32,049 bases of DNA from Spirochaeta sp. (GTDB lineage Bacteria; Spirochaetota; Spirochaetia; DSM-27196; SLAA01): positions 1 to 32,049 of the forward strand of contig JAIVHN010000029.1 in assembly GCA_020201015.1 (NCBI GenBank), given 5' to 3'. This document shows positions 24,358 to 32,049 of the stretch, piece after piece. A program made the position numbers and the translations under genes. How positions within the stretch are numbered: position 1 is the stretch's first letter; every line of letters begins with the position of its first letter. Below the pieces are notes generated by a model, which saw only the letters and a list, made by a program, of their open reading frames with translations, had not been told where the DNA came from and made no database searches.

Positions 24358-26324
24358 TCCCTGTCTCCTTCTTCCTCTGCGGGTTCCTCGCTTGTAGCGG
24401 ACTCCTCATGAGTAGGGTCGCCCTCGCGCGTAAAGGGGATCAGCGACTCTCCTATCATGTAGTAGCGTCCAGATGCGTTCCATAGAGTAAAACCCGAGGC
24501 GCCACCTTCACGCGCACCCTGAAGCTGCCGCAGTAAATACTCGCGGTAGTAGGGCGTGGAGAACTGTAGCTCACTGCCAATGAGAAATGCCTGAACATAT
24601 GGCCGTATGAGAGCATCACCGGTAATCTCTGTTGAACGTGCACTGCCATCGCGGTAGAGGAACTCAGCCCAGTCCAGATACTCAAGCTCACCATAGAAAC
24701 TTCGTGGAAAGTGCGAGGGGTACAGCATTGGTGAGATCACATCTACGTAACGCGCAAGTTCCTCAACATCCTGCCCAAGATACACGGTGCGGTACCACGC
24801 ATTGAAACCGTAGACATCTATGCCAATGGGAAGCTCAAGCGCATTGCGGGCTTTGGAAAGAAAGCTGCTAAGAGCCGCTACTCGGTTGGTATTCTCCCCA
24901 CGATGGCGCGTAACAATATCTCGCGCTGCACCATCGGAAGGGAATCGGATGTAGTCGAACTGAACTTCATCAACGCCTGCATCTTGGATCTCACGGGCAA
25001 TCTGAACATTGTATTGATGGACGAAGTCTGAATAAGGATCTACCCACGACTCAATTTGCCGTTGTCCTTCATCGGTCTCGCGGTAGACACCCCAAGGGCG
25101 ATTGAGTCGTGCATCCCACAGTGCGTAGCGGTGGTTCTGGTACGCATAGAGCCGTGGATCTTGGAAAACCACGACCCGTGCAATTACGTAGATATCACGT
25201 TCATGAGCTGCGTCAATTAGCTCGGCTGCGTCGAAGAGCGGGCGAATAGCACCGGCTGCGCGTGCGGTTTCATTTGTACTGTGGTACCGGAGCATGCCAA
25301 AGTCGTCCTTGAAGTCGACAACGATGCTGTTCATTGCGTGCTCAACAACCAGGTCAAGGTACTCGGCAAGTTGCTGGCCTCGTGCACGATGCGCAGCGAT
25401 GTAGATTCCGTTGCGGTTGGCGGCGCGGCTGCGGCGACTAGCGGCCTGCTTGTCCGGGCCGTCGCTGGCAGCGTCTGCGCCGTCGGCGCGGCCGTCGTCT
25501 GTTTCGTTGTCTGTTTCGTTGTCGTCGGCATCTGCGCTGGCGGCGGCCGTGCGGTCTGAGCCGGTACTGGGCGCGGCCGTAGCCAAGCCATTCATAAACG
25601 ATACAAGTTCCGGGTCCGTCACCAACTTGACCTCTCCCGTGTTGCGACGGAAGCTATAGCTTCCTTCACCAAAAGCAAGTTCAAAGTACACGATATTATG
25701 ATCCGCTGGGTCGTACCCGAGCGCGGACACCTCTTCACGAAAGCCAGCACCCCGGTCCATAAAGGCAAAGGCCCGCCCCGAGCTTAGGCGCGTGAATGAA
25801 CGACCCCTGTCGGTACTTTCAAAGAAACCGTCGTACGAGGTGCCGACAAGGAAATGATCGGGATTGTGCGGCGAGATTGCTACCGAGGTGAACTTGACGC
25901 TGCTGTTGATTAACGGGCGGGTTTTAATGTTTAGCGCGTCCCAGGTTGTGCCAGCGTCGCGTGTAAGGTACATGTCGTCGGCACCAACCGCAGCAAAACG
26001 AAGAGGATCGTTTGGATCTTGAGCCAGCGCGGCAATTCGGACATATCCCTGTACCCCGGCTACGCCCGGCACACCGCTGCGGCCCTCGGCAGATTGCGAG
26101 ATGTCCTGTACTGTTGTCCATCCATCATGCGAGCGGAGCAGACGGCCCTCACTGCTTAAGCGAAGTTCGTAGCGACCAAGCTCAACTCCCACATCGGTGG
26201 TTGGTTGAATGTCGGACTGAGATGGGACCGCATGAAGAAGTCCAAACGGAAGCATAAGCCAGAGAAGAAGGTACAGAGCACGGTATGGGGCCCGTGCGGT
26301 CATGTTTGCGCAGTAGATGTTCAT
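24354..26324 (-). CDS. Secreted two-domain protein: BNR/propeller-like N-terminal region plus a DUF4015-type putative glycoside hydrolase
   Basis: The ATG at 26324 gives a signal-peptide-like RALYLLLWLMLPFGLLHA. BNR-like motifs TRDAGTTWDAL and STDRGRSF are present, followed by an acidic linker DADDNETDNETDD (12-bp tandem repeat at 25497-25524). The TIM-barrel-like part has NSIVVDFKDDFG, IARVVVFQDP, WVDPY and VQFDYIRFPSDG, as I recall for DUF4015. Confidence 0.75.
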   Translation of the reverse strand: MNIYCANMTARAPYRALYLLLWLMLPFGLLHAVPSQSDIQPTTDVGVELGRYELRLSSEGRLLRSHDGWTTVQDISQSAEGRSGVPGVAGVQGYVRIAALAQDPNDPLRFAAVGADDMYLTRDAGTTWDALNIKTRPLINSSVKFTSVAISPHNPDHFLVGTSYDGFFESTDRGRSFTRLSSGRAFAFMDRGAGFREEVSALGYDPADHNIVYFELAFGEGSYSFRRNTGEVKLVTDPELVSFMNGLATAAPSTGSDRTAAASADADDNETDNETDDGRADGADAASDGPDKQAASRRSRAANRNGIYIAAHRARGQQLAEYLDLVVEHAMNSIVVDFKDDFGMLRYHSTNETARAAGAIRPLFDAAELIDAAHERDIYVIARVVVFQDPRLYAYQNHRYALWDARLNRPWGVYRETDEGQRQIESWVDPYSDFVHQYNVQIAREIQDAGVDEVQFDYIRFPSDGAARDIVTRHRGENTNRVAALSSFLSKARNALELPIGIDVYGFNAWYRTVYLGQDVEELARYVDVISPMLYPSHFPRSFYGELEYLDWAEFLYRDGSARSTEITGDALIRPYVQAFLIGSELQFSTPYYREYLLRQLQGAREGGASGFTLWNASGRYYMIGESLIPFTREGDPTHEESATSEEPAEEEGDRE

Positions 26325-26413
26325 TATCACTATAGTGCCTCATTTTTTCTTGAGTATCCAGTCAAGATATGCCGATACTCTATATGGGGAGTAGCGCCCT
26401 AAGGAGGCTGGCA

Positions 26414-26911
26414 ATGCGCAATTTAGTAAACCTCATCCTCATGCTGAGTATGGTACTTGGTACCGCGGTGATACTCCCGGCTCAGCAGGAACTGAATAAC
26501 GAGAATGAACTCGACAACCAAAATGGACTCGAGTATGCGGGTACGTGGGAACGTGTGCAGGGCGAGCTTCGCTGGGAATGGAATATTGAAGGTGGAGCCT
26601 ACACCTTTACGTATCACCGCGAGGAAGCGTTTCGCATTGGGTCTCGCGGAGTTCTAGAACTTGATGAAGACGGCCTCCTCCAAGTGACGGCAGAGGAGAT
26701 CTCCGAGAACGGTGAGGACTGGGACGATATCGACATGGAGCCTGAGGACCGAACTCGTGCATATGGGCTTGAAGTTACCGAGACGCGCATGCGCATGTCA
26801 CAACCTGAGTATCCACAGTTTATGGTGGAGTACGGCCGCTATACGCCGGACGACGACAACGAAGATAACGACGAAAATAACAACGATAACGGTGCTGCAA
26901 ATATTGAGTAG
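26414..26911 (+). CDS. Hypothetical secreted acidic protein
   Basis: AAGGAGG at 26401-26407 precedes the ATG at 26414. The signal peptide is MRNLVNLILMLSMVLGTAVILPAQQ. The protein has a very acidic Asp/Asn/Glu-rich tail and no recognised family. Confidence 0.65.
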   Translation: MRNLVNLILMLSMVLGTAVILPAQQELNNENELDNQNGLEYAGTWERVQGELRWEWNIEGGAYTFTYHREEAFRIGSRGVLELDEDGLLQVTAEEISENGEDWDDIDMEPEDRTRAYGLEVTETRMRMSQPEYPQFMVEYGRYTPDDDNEDNDENNNDNGAANIE

Positions 26912-26932
26912 AGCTGTTTGAGAGGGGCCGGG

Positions 26933-29677
26933 TTAGCCGCCAAGCTGTTTTAGTGCTGTCTCGGCGTGAAAACCCGTGTGTGATTCGGGATCAATAATGA
27001 GATACCCACGAGCGTAATCCCGTACGGGGAAGCGCAGGTCTAGCTTGAGTGCATCGGCTGCTTCGCGCGGCTTCTGCTTTCGTTCATACAGCAAAATAAT
27101 ATCTGCCAAAGCCTGCGAGTCTGAAATGATATAGTTATTCGTGGCGCCGGGTAAAAACACCGGCAGACCAGACTTGGTAGCAAGCAGTTCCACCATTTTA
27201 CGAAGTTGAAGATACGCGGTCATCATTCCGCTTCTTCCCAGTCTGTACGACAAGCCTTCAAGTAGATGAAATCCAAAAACAAAGTAAAAGCGCCGGATAT
27301 TTAGGCTCTTGATACCTGCCGAGGAAAAGGCAAGGTAGGCAACACCGACCACACGTTTGTTTTCGCTATCTACCAGACGGAGAACCTGGAATCCGGGGCG
27401 AAGTATGATGTCCGGTTTTCCGGAATACACCGGCGCGCCCATTTCACCGTACATGGCGTCGATACAGGACTTTGATGCACGTACGATCATTCCTTGGCTT
27501 GTGGGTTGGTGAGCGCGGGTTGCGCGGGTCAGTGCGGATTGAAGGTCCAGGAGCCGGGCCGCCTCGGTCTCAAGGCCGCCGTACTGGAATAGACGGCGCA
27601 GAGCAGCGTCAAACGAGGCCCACCCCGGTGTGCTCCGGTGGGTATCGAAAAGCAGCAACAGGTTTGTGAGCTCCAACGGTAGGGGGAACAGTGCCTGTGA
27701 ATGCACTCGGGCCTCGACTCGAACACAGTCAAGATAGTTGATGAGTAACGCCAGCTGCCTAAGAGTTGGACGGTGTGGGGCCACATCACTCTGGAGATAC
27801 TCGGCGCGCGCGGCAATATCCTTGCGGGTTCCATAGCGTGCTAAGACCACCTCGGCGCCAAAAACGGTTTCGTATGCCTCGGTCAGGAGGGGCAGGTCGA
27901 TTTTTTTACGTAGGGCTGCGTTGGTTTGGGCGTCGACAATCTCGGGAAAAGCGTCGGAAAACTGATGTACCGGAAGTGTAAACTCCATCTGCGTTCGCAG
28001 GGCCTGCTGCTCGCTGGCGCTGCCGTAACGTTCGTACAACTCGGTCACAGTGAACGCGGTAACCTGCTGGTCCGGACGGCCACGAGCCGTACCTGGAATA
28101 CCGGCGTAGAAACACACCTCGCGTGCGGCACTGCCCAACGCGTCTAACTCGCGGCAACGCCCTACCTTCCAGCCAGCGTCCTTGCCCGCTGCCAACTCGG
28201 CTATCAACTCATCTATGAGGCCAGCCTGTTGCGGATGCTGACGTTGGTACGCCTTAAGAAGCGGGTCGAAATCGGCGCCGATATGACCCGCCTCGGGTGG
28301 CCCATCCGGTAGAGCTACACCAAGCTGCTCGCTCAGCTTGATCCGGCGCTGAGCGTTGACCCTTTGTTCGGGATCTCGAAATAGCGGTGCTATCTTTCTA
28401 TGTTCGTACTCGGAGTGGAAGCCGCCATGATTTTGAATATCATAGATGTACTGACGTCGCAGGTCTTCATCAATAGAGGTGAACCTGCGCGCATGTCGCC
28501 GTAGAGCATCCATGCCGCCGGTATCGGACACCGTCGGGACGAGCTCCGCAAGCCCTTCTGCGCAGTCGGGGTCGATGACCGAACGCAGGAGCGATGCAAA
28601 ATACCCCGAAAGGTAGATGCCTGCATTTGTTCGAATGAGGGCGCGGATAATAGCCAAGTAGGCTTTGATCTCACGAACCAAGGAAAAGATGGTAAGGCCC
28701 TTGTCGGCCCGAGTCTGCATGTTGGCCTCAAACTCGGTGTACAGGCTAACCGAGAAGATATCCTCCGCCTTCTTGAGATCTTCATGAGAAAAAGCTGCGG
28801 CAAACTCAGGCTCAAGTTGGCCTGCGGCGCGAACAATAGGAACCAGTTGTATAAGATCAACCTTGCCCGAGAGGCGGTATAGGAAAGGAAACACGTTAAG
28901 CCGTAGAAACAAGACAAATACCGGATGGTTCAGGCGCAGCGACTGCCACCCTGCCTTGTATTGTTCAAGAAGGCTTTCGTCCTCCAGTACGCCTACCGAG
29001 AAGCGTGCAAGCGGTTTGCCTACATACTTCACCAGAACCACCTCGGTCAGGGTTCGTGAGTTTGGTAGAAACTCTTCATGGAACGGTTTCTTGCCGCGCA
29101 TAGAGATAAGGAGTTCGGCTATGCGTTGCAGCGCCCAGAAATGGCGTTCCCGCCAGCGACGCCAGTCGGCGTCCAGTCCCATGCGGGGCATCATAACGTA
29201 GCGTACAAAGGCCGCGGGCGGGACTCCTGCGCGGGCAAGTTCCAGCAAGAGGTACATAAACTGGCGCATGACCTTGGGGCTGCCATGAAAGTTTCCCAGG
29301 TTGTCGGTAATACCGCGGAGTTCGGCTATAGGGTTGAGCCAGTGGACCGTGCCGTGCTGGCAGCAGGCTTCAAAAAGCTTTGCAATTCCCACGCGCTCAG
29401 CAGGTTTTCGCATTTCGTCTAGCTCGGCGGCAGACAAAAACGGCATTCTCTGCGACGGTGCGAGTTGAGACTCTCGGGATAGCCGGCGCAGCTCCTTTGC
29501 ACGCGGGGTGAGCACGGTTTTTCGGCTGCCGACGGAGTTCTCGGTGCTCTCGGGGCCAGCGTTCTGTTCGGCACTGGAGTCCGGGCTCTCGAAGAACTCC
29601 TCGTCGCCATAGATCGCGGCATCTTTATCCCGGTTGCTTGGGTCTTTCCAATTGATGTCTGCTTCTGCTTGCGCCAT
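26933..29677 (-). CDS. Large (914-aa) hypothetical cytoplasmic protein, no recognised domain
   Basis: Uninterrupted 2.7-kb ORF with coding-like composition. It has a disordered acidic N-terminus and is then mostly helical. I could identify no TM segments, P-loop or nuclease motif. It is divergent from the uvrA-like gene. Confidence 0.75.
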   Translation of the reverse strand: MAQAEADINWKDPSNRDKDAAIYGDEEFFESPDSSAEQNAGPESTENSVGSRKTVLTPRAKELRRLSRESQLAPSQRMPFLSAAELDEMRKPAERVGIAKLFEACCQHGTVHWLNPIAELRGITDNLGNFHGSPKVMRQFMYLLLELARAGVPPAAFVRYVMMPRMGLDADWRRWRERHFWALQRIAELLISMRGKKPFHEEFLPNSRTLTEVVLVKYVGKPLARFSVGVLEDESLLEQYKAGWQSLRLNHPVFVLFLRLNVFPFLYRLSGKVDLIQLVPIVRAAGQLEPEFAAAFSHEDLKKAEDIFSVSLYTEFEANMQTRADKGLTIFSLVREIKAYLAIIRALIRTNAGIYLSGYFASLLRSVIDPDCAEGLAELVPTVSDTGGMDALRRHARRFTSIDEDLRRQYIYDIQNHGGFHSEYEHRKIAPLFRDPEQRVNAQRRIKLSEQLGVALPDGPPEAGHIGADFDPLLKAYQRQHPQQAGLIDELIAELAAGKDAGWKVGRCRELDALGSAAREVCFYAGIPGTARGRPDQQVTAFTVTELYERYGSASEQQALRTQMEFTLPVHQFSDAFPEIVDAQTNAALRKKIDLPLLTEAYETVFGAEVVLARYGTRKDIAARAEYLQSDVAPHRPTLRQLALLINYLDCVRVEARVHSQALFPLPLELTNLLLLFDTHRSTPGWASFDAALRRLFQYGGLETEAARLLDLQSALTRATRAHQPTSQGMIVRASKSCIDAMYGEMGAPVYSGKPDIILRPGFQVLRLVDSENKRVVGVAYLAFSSAGIKSLNIRRFYFVFGFHLLEGLSYRLGRSGMMTAYLQLRKMVELLATKSGLPVFLPGATNNYIISDSQALADIILLYERKQKPREAADALKLDLRFPVRDYARGYLIIDPESHTGFHAETALKQLGG

Positions 29678-29760
29678 GGTTTTCTTAGTTTAGCATATCG
29701 CAGTATTTGCAAGAAGTCGGAGATAAGCGTGCCCATGTTTCAATCTAAATTGTGTACATT

Positions 29761-32049
29761 ATGAGCGTGGATATCAACAATCTAAGAGTACGCAACGCCA
29801 GGCAGAATAATTTAAAGAACATCGATATCGATATTCCTCTTGGGGGTCTCACTGTACTTACCGGTCGCAGTGGCTCGGGCAAGTCTTCACTTGCGTTCGA
29901 CACAATATTTGCCGAGGGACAGCGGCGATACGTTGAGACCTTCTCTGCCTATACGCGTCAGTTCCTTGACCGCATGGACAAACCCGCGGTTGACTCGGTG
30001 GAAGGAATTCTGCCTGCAGTCGCTATAGACCAGACCAACCCGGTACGTACTTCACGTTCGACGGTGGGCACCATGACCGAGGTACTCGATCACCTGAAGC
30101 TGCTCTATGCGCGAGCCGGACGCATTCACTGTGCCTCCTGCGCTCGGCCGGTAACACGTGATGATCCGGAATCTATCTACCGACGGCTTGAGACGGAGTT
30201 TTCCGGGGAGTCCAGACAGCTGGAGCAGCGCGAGCCCCTGCGCTTTGTGGTAGTTTTCCATGTTCAGCTTCCCGAGGGGTATCCGGAGCAGGATGCACGG
30301 GATGCACTTGCAGCTCGGGGCTACCGGCGGGTGCAGACGGTAGCCCCGAGCTGCAAGTGCATCCCGTGCATCCTGCTCCGGATACCCCTCGGGATGGAGA
30401 CCTGGCGCTACTCACGCGAGCTGCACTGTGCTGATTGCAATATTGCGTATCGTGATGCCAAGCCAAACCTGTTTTCCTTTAACTCGCCCATTGGGGCCTG
30501 TCCGGTATGTCGAGGGTTCGGTCGTGTTATTGAGATTGACTATAATCTTGTCATTCCCGACAAGGGGAAAAGCCTCAGCGAAGGCGCAGTCAAGGCATGG
30601 GAGACACCGAGTTACCGTGAGTGCCGTGACGAGCTGCTGAGTTTTGCTGCCGAGAAGGGCGTCCGGGTTGATGTTCCATGGTGCGAGCTGAGTGAGGACG
30701 AGCGGCACTGGGTCATAGAGGGAGATGGTGAGTGGGAGGACGGTGTCTGGTACGGCATACGGCGCTTCTTTGCCTGGCTTGAGAGCAAGAGCTACAAGAT
30801 GCACATTCGTGTTCTGCTGTCCCGCTACCGGGCCTACAACGTTTGTCCAGAATGCAATGGTTCACGACTTGTTCCGGAGGCCCTCTTGTGGCGACTTCCT
30901 GTACCGTCGTATGCAGATGAACGCGGAATAGCAATTCACGAGCTACTCAGCTTGCCCATAGGGCGGGCCGCGGAGTTGATTGATGAGTTTAGGAACGTCG
31001 GCGCGGCCGGGAACGAAGCAGCGGCCGGGAACGAAGCAGCGGCCGGGAGCGGGGCGACGCACGACGACGAAGCAGTCCGCACGGTGCTGGACGAGACCCT
31101 CACCCGTCTGCGCTACCTTGTTGAGGTTGGCCTTGCTTACCTCACACTTGACCGGCAGTCGCGCACACTCAGCGGGGGCGAGGTGCAGCGGATCAACCTC
31201 ACAACCGTGCTGGGGACATCCTTAGTCAACACGCTTTTCGTGCTGGATGAGCCGAGTATTGGGTTACACAGTCGCGACATTGCGCGGCTCATCGGCATAC
31301 TTACCCGGCTTCGTGATGCGGGGAATACGCTCTTGGTGGTTGAGCATGAGCCAGAAGTGATCCTTGCCGCGGATCACATCATTGAGTTAGGGCCTGAGGC
31401 GGGTGAGCATGGCGGAGAGCTGGTTTTTGCTGGAACACCTGCCGCGCTACTTGAGGACGAGCACTCGCCCACGGGGCAGGCCTTAAGGGCGCGGATGTCA
31501 GGCAGTGCTGTCCACGCAGTTGGCATGCGCGTGCCGGGTCAGGTTCGCGGTGCGACAAACGCACACGCTCGTAGCTCGGCTTCGGTGCAGATATCGGCTC
31601 CGGTGCAGATCACCGGTGCGGCCGAACATAATCTCAAAGATATCGATGTAGATATTCCAATGGCGCAGTTGGTTTGCGTGACCGGCGTCAGCGGCTCCGG
31701 GAAGTCTACCTTGGTTGAGGAGGTGCTGTACCGCGCTGGCGCGGTGTTTTTTGGTCGCGGCGGGGTGTCGCCGGGCGTACACCGCAGTGTATCCGGGTTT
31801 GAGCAGTTCTCGGATATCGTGCTGGTGGACCAGTCGGCGCTGGGCAAGACTACGCGCTCTAATCCTGCTAGCTACGTTGGCGCCTTTGACGCCATCCGCA
31901 AGCTCTTCATGGCAACTCCTGAGGCGCGCGAGCGCGGTTACACTGCTGGCACCTTTAGTTTCAACTCAGGCAACGGGCGCTGTCCCCGCTGTGGCGGCAA
32001 CGGGTTTGAACACATTGAGATGCAGTTTCTCAGCGATGTGTATCTGACC
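29761..32049 (+). CDS. uvrA: UvrA-family ABC ATPase (excinuclease subunit A-like), 3' end outside window; internal region atypical
   Basis: My own translation is open for all 763 codons to the window edge; the ORF track omits it for lack of a stop. N-terminal block: NLKNIDIDIPLGGLTVLTGRSGSGKSSLAFDTIFAEGQRRYVETFSAYTRQFL and AIDQ. Zinc modules CASC...CADC...CPVCRGFG and CPECNGSRL are present, with signature LSGGEVQRI and VLDEPSIGLH. The second ATPase module has GVSGSGKSTL and FSFNSGNGRCPRCGGNG. Confidence 0.9.
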   Translation, partial: MSVDINNLRVRNARQNNLKNIDIDIPLGGLTVLTGRSGSGKSSLAFDTIFAEGQRRYVETFSAYTRQFLDRMDKPAVDSVEGILPAVAIDQTNPVRTSRSTVGTMTEVLDHLKLLYARAGRIHCASCARPVTRDDPESIYRRLETEFSGESRQLEQREPLRFVVVFHVQLPEGYPEQDARDALAARGYRRVQTVAPSCKCIPCILLRIPLGMETWRYSRELHCADCNIAYRDAKPNLFSFNSPIGACPVCRGFGRVIEIDYNLVIPDKGKSLSEGAVKAWETPSYRECRDELLSFAAEKGVRVDVPWCELSEDERHWVIEGDGEWEDGVWYGIRRFFAWLESKSYKMHIRVLLSRYRAYNVCPECNGSRLVPEALLWRLPVPSYADERGIAIHELLSLPIGRAAELIDEFRNVGAAGNEAAAGNEAAAGSGATHDDEAVRTVLDETLTRLRYLVEVGLAYLTLDRQSRTLSGGEVQRINLTTVLGTSLVNTLFVLDEPSIGLHSRDIARLIGILTRLRDAGNTLLVVEHEPEVILAADHIIELGPEAGEHGGELVFAGTPAALLEDEHSPTGQALRARMSGSAVHAVGMRVPGQVRGATNAHARSSASVQISAPVQITGAAEHNLKDIDVDIPMAQLVCVTGVSGSGKSTLVEEVLYRAGAVFFGRGGVSPGVHRSVSGFEQFSDIVLVDQSALGKTTRSNPASYVGAFDAIRKLFMATPEARERGYTAGTFSFNSGNGRCPRCGGNGFEHIEMQFLSDVYLT
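30270..30394. repeat. Perfect palindrome inside the uvrA-like ORF: 57-bp arms (30270-30326 and 30338-30394) around an 11-nt loop
   Basis: I checked base by base. Every position i in 30270-30326 is complementary to position 60664-i. The first mismatches are 30327/30337 and 30269/30395. Confidence 0.97.
31003..31048 (+). repeat. 18-bp in-frame tandem repeat (about 2.5 copies) in the uvrA-like gene
   Basis: gcggccgggaacgaagca occurs at 31003-31020 and 31021-31038, then gcggccggga at 31039-31048. It encodes AAGNEA AAGNEA AAG. Confidence 0.95.

Noticed and set aside
30270-30394. Hairpin-telomere or replicated-telomere junction (as in Borrelia linear replicons), or a replication origin, as an explanation of the palindrome
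   Set aside because: The palindrome lies inside a continuous ORF, with homologous UvrA sequence in the same orientation on both sides. There is no resolvase or replication gene nearby. I keep this only as a remote possibility.
30173-30804. Minus-strand ORFs 30173..30466 and 30412..30804 across the palindrome region
   Set aside because: They are antisense to the clearly UvrA-like plus-strand frame, and their composition is low-complexity. The first stays open partly because the palindrome reads similarly on both strands.
31379-31847. Three overlapping minus-strand ORFs, plus the plus-strand ORFs 30980..31225 and 31715..32047
   Set aside because: All lie inside the UvrA-like coding frame, in other frames or on the other strand, with Arg/Ala/Pro-rich shadow composition.

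Overview
This is a moderately GC-rich, densely coding bacterial chromosomal window with about 29 protein genes. I recognised no rRNA, tRNA, CRISPR array, transposase or integrase.

Gene content is mostly core metabolism and homeostasis:
- TCA-cycle block: sucB 3' end, lpdA, citrate synthase, two tandem Ldh/Mdh-family genes and fumC.
- Split fatty-acid-synthesis block: fabF-fabG-fabD on the minus strand and an unknown gene plus fabH on the plus strand, with no acpP.
- Stress and ion-homeostasis genes: a 53-aa rubredoxin absent from the ORF track, Dps, an RCK-type K+ channel that looks 5'-truncated, an MscS-like channel, and a CPA-type antiporter overlapped by an EIIA + PII-like fusion gene.
- Other genes: a REC / degenerate-GGDEF / EAL regulator, an acyl-CoA ligase, a TtcA-like PP-loop ATPase, a DUF4015-type hydrolase coupled to a PrcB-like lipoprotein (a weak hint of spirochaete origin), and a 914-aa orphan.
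- A UvrA-like ORF is open from 29761 to the window end. The ORF track omits it because it has no stop codon in the window.

Several ORF-track starts are over-extended. I re-set them using RBS position and family N-termini.

The most striking thing directly visible is a perfect 125-nt palindrome (57-bp stem, 11-nt loop) lying in frame inside the UvrA-like gene. It sits where canonical UvrA carries part of signature domain I and the UvrB-binding region.

Other points worth a second look:
- helically phased direct repeats in TCA-gene leader regions
- the EIIA-PII fusion translationally overlapping the antiporter
- tandem divergent MDH paralogues
- a recurrent pattern of short in-frame tandem repeats inside otherwise conserved genes
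- signs of gene truncation around 16.3-16.8 kb

I found no convincing known defence or mobile system. All function calls come from motif recognition by eye, not from database searches.
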